Part shown: piece after piece, positions 23,801-35,100 of the stretch
Layout of the letters: each line of letters starts with the position of its first letter
Position numbering within the stretch: the stretch's first letter is position 1
NCBI RefSeq assembly: GCF_023055435.1
Contig: NW_025964301.1
Location: forward strand, 1,054,001-1,118,000
Direction: 5' to 3'
DNA length: 64,000 nt
Origin: Haliotis rufescens
Lineage: Eukaryota
Made by a program: the position numbers and the translations under genes
The notes under the pieces: generated by a model
Databases searched by the model: none
Told to the model about the DNA's origin: nothing
Seen by the model: only the letters and a program-made list of their open reading frames with translations

Positions 23801-25333
23801 ATGAAGTCTAAAATAAAGTTTCTATTTGTCGTCATAACCGTCGCCTCTCTCGTAGTGACGGTCTTGACCCTGTACAGGTTCCACACACAGCTACGTCTCC
23901 TTACGCTTAAACTGTCAGGTCAGAACCCACCTCCTCCTCACATCGTTTTCATCGTTGCTGACGACCTCGGATGGAGTGACGTCAGCTGGCATAATCCAAA
24001 CATCATCACGCCGAATCTCGAGAAGCTTGCGAGAAGTGGACTGATCCTGAATTACTCGTATGTAGCTCCAAGGTGCTCGCCCACAAGAGCCTCGTTGCTA
24101 ACAGGGTACTACCCCCACAGAATAGGTCTCCAGTACCAAGTCATCAATTACGGGGACAGGTCACTCCCTCTGACGTTTGATCTTTTACCCCGTAGACTAA
24201 AAGACCTGGGTTATGCTACACACATGGTGGGCAAGTGGCACCTGGGATTGTGCAGCTGGAAACACACGCCCACGTATAGAGGGTTCGACTCCTTCTTTGG
24301 CTATTACAGCGGGAGAGAAGACTATTATACACATTGCATAGGTAACAAGTACGATCTGAACTTTAACACAGAGGTTTTCAATGACACAAAACAGCAGTAC
24401 TCAACCTTTCTCTTTCGTGATCGAGCTGTTGAAATAATCAAGGAACACGACCCTTCAGTGCCATTATTTCTGTATCTGCCATTCCAAGCTGTCCATGGAA
24501 CCCTCACGGTACCTCGTGAATACTCGAAGATGTATTCCCATCTACATCATGACAGAGCTACCTATAGTGGAATGGTAACAGCCATGGATGAAGCGATCGG
24601 CGACGTAGTTAATGCATTAGAACAACGGGGACTCTCAGACAACATGTTGTTGGTCTTCCTCAGTGATAATGGCGGGCGGCCAATAAAAGGGGGATATAAC
24701 TGGCCGCTACGCGGAATCAAGAATACATTATGGGAGGGAGGGACGAGGGCAGTGAACTTTGTCTACAGTAAAACCCTTCTGAAAGAGACAAGTTCTGTGA
24801 GCAATCATCTGATGAACGCAGCCGACTGGTTTCCAACCTTTCTGGCAGCTGCCGGAAGCAAAGACGTCGACCTTGACATGGATGGCGTAAACCAATGGGA
24901 CGTCATCAGCAAGGGAGGTAAGCCAGTAAGGTCTGAGCACGTGTATAACATTGAAGGAAGGGCTGCTATTCGTGTTGGGGAATACAAACTCATAAAGGGA
25001 GATCCTGGTTTCCAGTTAAGTGAACACCAGCCTGTATTTGATTTCATAGGTCGGGCTAGAAAGATGGCGAACGGCTGGATAGCCCCACAGGACATTGGGA
25101 TTCTCAAGACCAAGTTTGGAAAACCTATATCAAAGAAGTATGGTCTCTTTAATCTCCATAAAGATCCCCTGGAGGAACATGACATTTCAGAGGACTTCCC
25201 TGACATTGTTGAACAACTCATTGGGAGATTACATCACCACATGAATATATCTGTTCCGTTTGTTAAGAGTACACCAATGTCCGCAGAGTACAGCAAGTTG
25301 AAGGTAATGACTCCTGGATGGTGTGATAAATAG
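23801..25333 (+). CDS. Arylsulfatase B-like sulfatase (ARSB/I/J group), single coding exon, N-terminal hydrophobic signal/anchor
   Basis: 510-aa ORF with IVADDLG, the formylglycine motif CSPTRASLLTG, GKWHLG, LSDNGG and KNTLWEGG. Confidence 0.93.
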   Translation: MKSKIKFLFVVITVASLVVTVLTLYRFHTQLRLLTLKLSGQNPPPPHIVFIVADDLGWSDVSWHNPNIITPNLEKLARSGLILNYSYVAPRCSPTRASLLTGYYPHRIGLQYQVINYGDRSLPLTFDLLPRRLKDLGYATHMVGKWHLGLCSWKHTPTYRGFDSFFGYYSGREDYYTHCIGNKYDLNFNTEVFNDTKQQYSTFLFRDRAVEIIKEHDPSVPLFLYLPFQAVHGTLTVPREYSKMYSHLHHDRATYSGMVTAMDEAIGDVVNALEQRGLSDNMLLVFLSDNGGRPIKGGYNWPLRGIKNTLWEGGTRAVNFVYSKTLLKETSSVSNHLMNAADWFPTFLAAAGSKDVDLDMDGVNQWDVISKGGKPVRSEHVYNIEGRAAIRVGEYKLIKGDPGFQLSEHQPVFDFIGRARKMANGWIAPQDIGILKTKFGKPISKKYGLFNLHKDPLEEHDISEDFPDIVEQLIGRLHHHMNISVPFVKSTPMSAEYSKLKVMTPGWCDK

Positions 25334-25411
25334 CATAGTCCCTCCATCGTAGCATATGGTATAGTCCCTCCATCGTAGCATATGGTATAGTCCCTCCATC
25401 GTAGCATATGG
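25332..25411. repeat. 29-bp tandem repeat (~3 copies) immediately after the sulfatase stop codon
   Basis: ATAGTCCCTCCATCGTAGCATATGG repeated. Confidence 0.85.
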
Positions 25412-26066
25412 CATCGTGGATAAATCAAACTCCCTTTGATATACACATTGGCGAACATTTTTTAAATAGATATAGTTCAATTGATGCGGCCTATAATGAA
25501 ATGTTCAAACTTTCAGTCAAAGCACATCTTTATTATTAAAAAAACATTTTTCAGCTTTTTCCGGACATGGATTGCTTAATGTAAATTTAAAATTACATTT
25601 CTAGGTTTGAGGTTCAAATCACCACAACTACCTCTGATTGATCAATCACAATAAAAAAATCGAAATTTGTCGTGGAATAATTATGTAATACCAAAAGAAC
25701 AATATTGCTCATCATATTTTCTCTTAATCATATTTCATGTTAATCAGAATGGCCATACAAGGGCAAAGAAAGATGAGCAATTGACTCTTGTTTTAGTAAA
25801 GATTTCTAATGCTCATGAATGGGTTTTGTCGCGTTATATTTTATTAACTTACAAATGCAAGCAACGATATCTGAATATATAGAATGTACATGGACTATGG
25901 ATTTGGAAGACGTGATTACAAGACGAGTTCCAAATTAAAAACACACAAATGTTATTAAGTGGATATATTATTTATTTATGATGTATTTTTACCATGATGA
26001 TAGTCAACCTGTTTACAATCTCACTACCCACTGCCCCAGTGAAGACATACATGCCATGCATACGCG

Positions 26067-26235
26067 TGAGTGAGTGAGTGAGTGAGTGAGTTTGGTTTTT
26101 TAGCAATATTCCAGCAATATCACGGCGGGGGACACCAGAAATGGGCTTCACACATTGTACCCAAGTCGGGAATCGAACCCGGGTCTTCGGCGTAACGAGC
26201 GAACGCTTTAACCACTAGGCTACCCGACCGCACCC
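26067..26235 (-). mobile_element. SINE A
   Basis: Family consensus; CCATGCATA duplicated at the flanks. Confidence 0.85.
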
Positions 26236-27149
26236 CATGCATAAGCAATACTGGTGGTCAACTGTACACTCTCCGAAACGTTCTTATAAAGTATACTGCA
26301 ACAGTGCACCCTCTATCATGAAAGGGCGTGTCACCAGAGCCGTTGCAGACCGAATGGCAACGCCAACATTAATGTCCATGTTAGCATATGTTTGTATTGT
26401 CTTTAATACATAATATTCTGAAGTTTAATACACTACTGTCATAGCAAGACCCTATTATCAATATGAATACAGCAACGTATTCATGTTTTATGCCAATGTT
26501 GTAAGAACACAAATACTCCATCATGTAAAATGTGCAATTATGTTAAAACTGCTTTTGTTCAAAAGCAAAGAAATGTGTATTATATCTTATACTGTTTGCA
26601 CCTAGATTGTATTTCGTGTGTACAAAAAGGCCCGTGGCCTACAAGCACTGAAATAAAAAGTGAAGTGAAGTGAAGCATTGTCTTTGTATACATGACCCCA
26701 GAAGGTCCGCCTCGGAAGTAAAGGCTTCACGCAGTCTATTTTGCTCATTTCTCAAATGGTACAGATCATATAGACCACAGAGGGCCCTTATCATACGTTA
26801 CGATTAATATATTATGCTACATGTATACATAAAGACGAAACTCTTGTCTAAGTAAGCCACATAAAAAGCGAATATTGTTTTCCGCTAATATCCCATTGTT
26901 CCGATTTGCGAATCGAGTCTTCGAGGTAACAAGCTAACGTTTTAAGCACTGGGCTACCCCAGTGACCCTAAAAAAAGAAATAAGAGTGACGCATAAATTT
27001 GTTCCATGACAGGATAAGCGCTCACTACAGGTAATTGCGGCTGTTCAAATACTACACATATACAGACCAAAACACCAAACCAAATCCTTGGGCTACAAAA
27101 AGCATGGACTAAAGCCTACAGTAAACAGTACAAGGAAATCATAATCATA

Positions 27150-27327
27150 TACAGTAGACTACGGTTATAACGAACTCGAGGGGACCACTAATTGTAGTTC
27201 GTAATAACCGTAGTTCGTTATAAGCATACATACAGCATATATACAACAAATGGTCGGGAGTAAAAATAAGTTCGTTATATCCGTCAGTTCGTTATAAGCG
27301 TGTTTGTTATAACGTAGTTTACTGTAT
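27150..27327. mobile_element. Pogo/Tigger-like MITE
   Basis: TA-flanked CAGTAGACTACGGTTATAAC / GTTATAACGTAGTTTACTG; second copy at 53332-53509. Confidence 0.8.
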
Positions 27328-27459
27328 TTTTTCAAGCGCGACAAACGTTAAATAATCATTGTATAACTATGAACACAATTCTGATATAAATCGTCGGTTT
27401 TCAACCTTGCACAATGTCGGATCCACCAGGTTGTACACTAATCGTCAAAACAACCACGC

Positions 27460-27980
27460 AAAATGTATTATCATCAGTCGGACATCAAAAGGATATGTAC
27501 AAATGGCGCACACTGTCTGATCATCAGCGGTATATTATTTGTCAATATACAACCATGCACAGTGTAAAATCATCTGTCGGACATTAAAAAGATATATACA
27601 AATGGCGCACACTGTCTGATCATCAGCGGTATATTATTTGTCAATATGCAACCATGCACATTGTATAATTATCAGTCGGACATTAAAAAGATATATACAA
27701 ATGGCGCACACTGATCATCAGCGCTATATTATTTGTCAATACATACAGCCACACACAATGTATAATCATCAGTCGGACATTAAAAAGTTATATACAAATG
27801 GCGCACACTGTCTGATCGTCAGCGGTATATTATTTGTCAATATACAACAATGCACAATGTATAATCATCAGTCGGACATTAAAAAGTTATATACAAATGG
27901 CGCACACTGTCTGATCATCAGCGCTATATTATTTGTCAATATACAACCATGCACAATGTATAATCATCAGTCGGACATTA
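27460..27980. repeat. ~120-bp tandem repeat, ~4.5 copies
   Basis: ACAAATGGCGCACACTG...TTATTTGTCAATAT recurs. Confidence 0.85.
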
Positions 27981-28625
27981 TTTGTCTATGTACAATCAGT
28001 GCATACAGTGCTGTGGATACATGAAATAATTATTCAGCTAAAAATACTTTGTTATAGCATCACTTTGAGACATGGTTTATCGCATTCATAACATTCACAG
28101 CTCTAATTTACACTTCTAGATTGTTATATGCCCTGTATGAAAGTAAGACGGATTTGTTTGTGATTGTGTTCATTACTTATCTCAAGATTGATATCATGAC
28201 ACATAGAGATTACAGACAGACACAATGGGTTTTCATTGTCATGAATTAAGCCATGATGTCAGCTGCTCCTGGTCTAGATTCTCCTCAAGGTCAACTTCTG
28301 ATGACTTTCTTACCCGTTCGTCTTCGGGTCCTCTCGGTTTATTCCGCTACCTACAATATCACTACTCGACATCAATTTAGGAGTGAATTCAATGTAAGCC
28401 CGTAATACCAAATCCCGCTGCAGATGCAGATAGTCCGTTGTTATCACGACAGCCGTTTTTTAAACAGAATCAGAAATCGGACACTTTGATTCGAAGACAA
28501 AAGTAAACGGAAATAATTAGAACAGACATATAAGGTTCATGACGGCCAGTTTGTGTTCTACAGTTTTATAGTCACGTACACGAAACTAGATTCAACATGG
28601 ATTCCTGTCAGTGATCGTCGGGGTC

Positions 28626-29122
28626 CTATTGGCCCGAGTCGTGCTGAGTGACGCCAGAGAGGAATGGATTTTGATTGGAGGCCGACGACCAACGACCCGA
28701 TTGGAAGACACTGTCAGTCTCATCGCTGGTAAATGACACCTCAGACCCGAAGGTCGACATTGGACTCATCGGTGAACGAGGAGACGCCAGAATACAGTCC
28801 AGGTCACTTCTTCGTATGGGACGCACTTGTTGCCTTGCTGCTGCAACAACTTCCGCGATGTCGTTCCGCTTGAGTTCAGAAAATGCATCAGTTAGGTCAT
28901 CCATGAGCTTGTCGGTGTCCCTTTCAGTATTCCTCCGTCTCCACTCAGTGAGAAGCTCGAGTCCTGGGTTGGATCGAATCTTGTCAGCCCTGTCAAATAT
29001 GGTGGTGATAGCGTCTGTGGGAAAGTTGAGTTCGAGGCCAACATTTCGCCATTCTGAATACGGTAAGGTATCTGCCAAGGCTGCCAGGCTTTTATCCGTC
29101 AGAAGGGGATGCTTGGCAATAA
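28626..29122 (-). CDS. Paralogue A last exon (death domain)
   Basis: Acceptor TTGCAG; death-domain W..LG.EL and LL.EW pattern. Confidence 0.85.
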
Positions 29123-32100
29123 CTGCAATGACAAGACGCCTTTGTTACATATAGGTAGTCCTGCACCATGACCGTGGAATATATTTTTTTTATGAAAAAA
29201 TAATAATCTAGAAATGCATACAAAAGCAAGTCTAGCCAGCTCAAGCTAGCTCTATTCCACATATCAGCATAGAGAAAAAATAATAATTTAGAGTCAAGAA
29301 GGATATTGTGTAATATAAGATTTCAGAGACTAAATGTTAGTCTAACATATAGGGGATACACATGGTTAATTTTTAAGGTGCCAATGCTTATCGTGAGACG
29401 CGGGATCGGGTGGTCAGGCTCACAGATTGGTTGATTGCATGTCATCGTATCCCAATTGCATGGACATGACGTCAATCTCTGGGTTGTCTTGTCCAGACTC
29501 TATTATTTACAGACCGCCTTCAAATAACTGGAAAATTGTTAAGTGCGGCGTTAAACAACAAATACATAAACAAAACAAAAAACATTTAAATCATAGTTCG
29601 AGAAATGTTATGTTGTAAGAATGAGCACTTGCATAAATCCGTATTTTGATGTTGCTAATATTGAATCTATATTTCTTTAAGTGGCGTATGGCAGTTGGTA
29701 TGATAAAGAAGGTTGATAGTTATATGAATGTACAACTTCTTTATTACAACAAATGCGACGTTTCGGTGTAGATACTCGGTAATAACACGTCACTTGTTTA
29801 ATAACGTTGTTGGTATCCACATCGAAACGTCGCTTTCATTGTAATAAAGAAGTTGTATAATCATAGAACTATCTCCATTGTTAAATCTATGTTGTTATAT
29901 TTAGAATCCATGTTCATGAATAAATTCTAATATTCAAAAACAACTTGATACCAAAATACGTGTCTAATTATGTCAGTGTAAACGTGATGACAAGTCAAGA
30001 AAAGGCGACACCCCGTCACAATGTGAAACCGATATAGACAAAGTGTAATTTATTGTTATTGGCCTACCACTTATCCCTATCAAAGAAAAAGTAACTGTGT
30101 TTTATGATAATTGATTACACAAAGTGTAGATTGTATCCGGCCACTGAAATTCACCTTCTAAAGACAAAAAATAAAAAAGAACTGAACTGAATTTGTTCAA
30201 TAATACGTCCGACCCAAACAAATTTAAATCAAATTTATTTATTTTTTGAGTGAGTGAGTATGGTTTTACGCCGCTTTTAGCAATATTCCAGCAATATCAC
30301 GGCGGGGGACACCAGAAATGGGCTTCACACATTGTACCCATGTCGGGAATCGAACCCGGGTCTTCGGCGTGACGAGCGAACGCTTTAACCACTAAGCTAC
30401 CCGACCGCCCCGAAAATATTTTTGAGTTACAAAACATTTACCTAAGCTAATTGATTAGCAAAAATCATTGAATAAAAATGCATAGCCAAAGTGTGATAAG
30501 GTCAAGGAATATAATGCAATACCTGATGGTTTCCGTGGAATTGAAGCCTCGATCGAAGGTTCCTGGGTTTGGGAATATTTTCTCTCTCTGGAAGAAACTT
30601 CTGTACCCCGGTGGCCTATGGCACTCATAGAACGTTGGTTCTTCTTGGCGGGCCTTTGCCTCGTGGATGGCTTCTTGTTGGCGGCCTTCTTCCACTCCAG
30701 GGGAAAGTGAACCTTGTGATCATGCTGGCCCCAGTAGAACCGCAAGCTGCCATCCTCCCCCGTGGATGTGAAGGGGATGACCACTTTATTGGTTCTGGAC
30801 ATTTGGTTGAAATAAAAAGAATTTGTTGCAAATGCCTTGTCATGAAGCTTAATGCATCCACCCAGAGCTAGTTTGATTTTAGTTCTGTCCCTGAGTTCGA
30901 TGTCCCTTGATCTGCTGTGCTTGATCTCTGTCATGCCATCGTTGGTGTGTAGTTCGACAGCTCTGTCCACCTTGGTGAACTCCACGCAGTCAACTAGGAT
31001 GTAGTTGACCCTCAGATGTTGGTCATAGTCAAGGAAGGTGAGGAGAACACACAGATTCAGCTTCCCGATGGCGTGTTTGGCCGCTCTGACTATCTCTCTG
31101 ATAGGACTGTGAGGTTGGACGGCGACACAGCAATACCTGAAACATCAGAGACACGACGTTATATACAATCAAGGATCATGGGTTCCTGGCATGGTCAAGG
31201 GACGCAACTCTGCAAAATGAAATGTGGCGCTAGAGACATCTTGGCCACACCTGTCGTATGGGTCCATGCACCAGTGATTATGAGTTAATTGACCTTGACG
31301 CCTCTTTTAAAAATATTTCAGGGCGTTTATGGTGGTTGTGATGGGTATCGCTATGGTCATAGTCGATGCGATCCAGGATCCAGGCACGGCTGAGGGAGGC
31401 AACTCTGTTAAGGTAATCCTACTATTACAGGTTGAGGAATGAAAGAGGGACAGTGATTGGGAACATAACAATAACCAACAATGTCTAACTAGACAACCCT
31501 CGTACATGCTACTACGTTGGAATTATAAGCGAGCTACCATTCGATATTCCAGGGGGTAGGGGAAAGGCTTGGGGGCAAGGATTTTGTTTGAAGATTAGAT
31601 ACTTTTTCAGCTACAGGTGCAAAACCAGATACTTTGATAATTAAGACTATGCGACTGATTATAAAACACCTTGCAACAATGTATTTTTTGTGTCATTTCG
31701 TTTTTTCGACAGTCTGAAGCATAATTTTTTAAGAATTAGCGAGACAATTTATTTTTTCAATAAAATCCCCCTCCCATAACCCAACCCCAACCCCCAACCC
31801 ACCCACCACCCCTCACCCCCAACCCCAAACCCCGCCCCCACCGCCAATATCAAATAATGGTCTATCCCATAGTAAACATATACAGATACTATTTTATGTT
31901 GTTTGTAAAGTCAAACAAAACTTTTCAAAATACAAAATAAAATCGTAAAAACAGACATAAATCATATTCATAAGCAAGCTGTTTTAACAAATTTAAAGAG
32001 GCTAGACCTACCAAAGAAAAACTATTGTGTGTTTATAAAAATAGAAATGTGTATGTTTTTGTCTGTTTTGCACACACAATATCGAATACGATAAACATGA

Positions 32101-35100
32101 GTAGACGTTGCACTCTGAAACTATGCGCTGGATTGACATACCTGTCGATAATGTATTCAGAAAACTACGATATGCAATCCAGCTGTCGCGTACTCGTCGT
32201 TTGGTCAATACATTATCGACTCGTAGTCTGCCCAGTAATCTGAGTGTAATATAGACAAATAGCATACTCATTTCTATGTTTCTGATCACATGTTTTTCTT
32301 TGGTTTGCCTGATAGGTTAAGTTCTTTAATAGAAAGTTTGAATAAACAAAGCGATTGGAATAACGTTTCCCTTAAGAGCTATATAGCTTAATTTACAACC
32401 TTGAACAACCTTTCTTAAGGCTCTAATCACCTAACGCAATAAAATCGGTTTAACATTCTTTCCCCGACAAGCAGTTTCAAAGGAGATGTCACGCGAAAAT
32501 CCCAGGTGAGTTGGTCGTGGGTGCACCTGTTGAGTGGTATTTGCAACTGGGAACGGATAAGGATCAAGTCAAAACCATCGAGGTTGTTGACTTTTGTACA
32601 AACTAAGACGCGAGTCGCTACCCGCCGAAATGAAAGACATGATTTAACCCACCAGCAGTGGGAAGGTCATGCGTCGAATTAGCTGTTTGCCTTTCGAAGG
32701 AAGCGTTATCCACTTGGCGTTGGGTGGTTGGTAAGTGCTAATCCTCACATGGAAGGAATTGTGAGATAGTGAAATTTGTGTTGTCGACATAACATGGTGT
32801 CACAGAGGTATATTCATACAAATGTGTGTCATTCGAGCAAATTGTTTCGTTGTGACAAGTCAATGGGTTCAGTTTTTTGTGGGGATACCTCTGTGACATC
32901 ATGTATTGTCAAGAAGAAAAGAGTTTACTGGTACGCAATGCCTTCAGTGTGAGGTTTAGAAGTTCCCAATCAACCCTCGTGTAACAATAGTCTTCTTGCT
33001 GTCTGTCGAGTTTCAGTCCATCAAATTTTGTCCATGTTCCAAATGTCACAGACGCCTGGTTATTCATAGGCGGATCTAGAGGGGTCCACATGTAGTATGC
33101 TGTATGCAGTAAAGTGACTGAGAGAGGAGTTTGATATTTTGGGCCCCTCCCTTTTGAAAATGTTGGATCCGCCCTTGTTATTGTACTGCCAACTCACAGC
33201 GAAACAATGTGCTCATCTGACTCAAGTTTTTGTGGATATGCCTCAACGGCAACATGTGATGCCCACAATACACTATGGTGCATTCCCTTCTGTGGGAGCA
33301 TGAGAACCTATCAATCAACCCTCATACACTATTGAAGTATCGAATTAACTGTGACCACGGTGGGGCACTTTAGTAATACGTAAGAGAACTACCATTTCTG
33401 TCTTGTCATGTGATTGTAATAGTAATTGTAATGACACAAGGTGTTCGTGGAAAGGTGAGCGTATCCTGCCCAACGGTTGCACCCGTCACAAACACATGCA
33501 AAGTCAATTATTCACCTTAAAAAAACGTCACTGACAACAAATCGTCCGATGTTTCCTGGTGTCCTTTTTTAATGCATGCGATACTGTCGGTAAGTGTTCA
33601 TTAAGAGTGTAAAAATGAGGGTTTAGCGTGTTGAAAAGCTTGAATTATTAATGCATGTGTTGCTGTCGGTAAATGTCCACTAAGAGTGTAAAAATGAGGG
33701 TTTAGCGTGTTGAAAAGCTTGGATTGTTGATACTTGTGTTGCTGTTGGTAAACGTCCACTAAGGGTGTAAAAATGAGGGTTTAGCGTGTTGAAAAGCTTG
33801 AATTATTAATGCATGTGTTGCTGTCGGTAAATGTCCACTAAGAGTGTAAAAATGAGGGTTTAGCGTGTTGAAAAGCTTGGATTGTTGATACTTGTGTTGC
33901 TGTCGGTAAGTGTTCATTAAGAGTGTAAAAATGAGGGTTTAGCGTGTTGAAAAGCTTGGATTGTTGATACTTGTGTTGCTGTCGGTAAGTGTTCATTAAG
34001 AGTGTAAAAATGAGGGTTTAGCGTGTTGAAAAGCTTGGATTGTTGATACTTGTGTTGCTGTCGGTAAGTGTTCATTAAGAGTGTAAAAATGAGGGTTTAG
34101 CGTGTTGAAAAGCTTGAATTATTAATGCATGTGTTGCTGTCGGTAAATGTCCACTAAGAGTGTAAAAATGAGGGTTTAGCGTGTTGAAAAGCTTGGATTG
34201 TTGATACTTGTGTTGCTGTCGGTAAGTGTTCATTAAGAGTGTAAAAATGAGGGTTTAGCGTGTTGAAAAGCTTGAATTATTAATGCATGTGTTGCTGTCG
34301 GTAAATGTCCACTAAGAGTGTAAAAATGAGGGTTTAGCGTGTTGAAAAGCTTGGATTGTTGATACTTGTGTTGCTGTCGGTAAGTGTTCATTAAGAGTGT
34401 AAAAATGAGGGTTTAGCGTGTTGAAAAGCTTGAATTATTAATGCATGTGTTGCTGTCGGTAAATGTCCACTAAGAGTGTAAAAATGAGGGTTTAGCGTGT
34501 TGAAAAGCTTGGATTGTTGATACTTGTGTTGCTGTCGGTAAGTGTTCATTAAGAGTGTAAAAATGAGGGTTTAGCGTGTTGAAAAGCTTGAATTATTAAT
34601 GCATGTGTTGCTGTCGGTAAATGTCCACTAAGAGTGTAAAAATGAGGGTTTAGCGTGTTGAAAAGCTTGGATTGTTGATACTTGTGTTGCTGTCGGTAAG
34701 TGTTCATTAAGAGTGTAAAAATGAGGGTTTAGCGTGTTGAAAAGCTTGAATTATTAATGCATGTGTTGCTGTCGGTAAATGTCCACTAAGAGTGTAAAAA
34801 TGAGGGTTTAGCGTGTTGAAAAGCTTGGATTGTTGATACTTGTGTTGCTGTCGGTAAGTGTTCATTAAGAGTGTAAAAATGAGGGTTTAGCGTGTTGAAA
34901 AGCTTGAATTATTAATGCATGTGTTGCTGTCGGTAAATGTCCACTAAGAGTGTAAAAATGAGGGTTTAGCGTGTTGAAAAGCTTGGATTGTTGATACTTG
35001 TGTTGCTGTTGGTAAACGTCCACTAAGGGTGTAAAAATGAGGGTTTAGCGTGTTGAAAAGCTTGAATTATTAATGCATGTGTTGCTGTCGGTAAATGTCC

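Noticed and set aside
28675-29154. Plus-strand ORFs opposite death-domain and other exons (also 37474-38037, 59471-60025, and antisense ORFs at 10431-10982 and 24805-25221)
   Set aside because: Antisense shadows of real coding exons, with no independent evidence.
32450-32830. Possible 5' relic of another Tc1-like element
   Set aside because: Too degenerate to support by eye.
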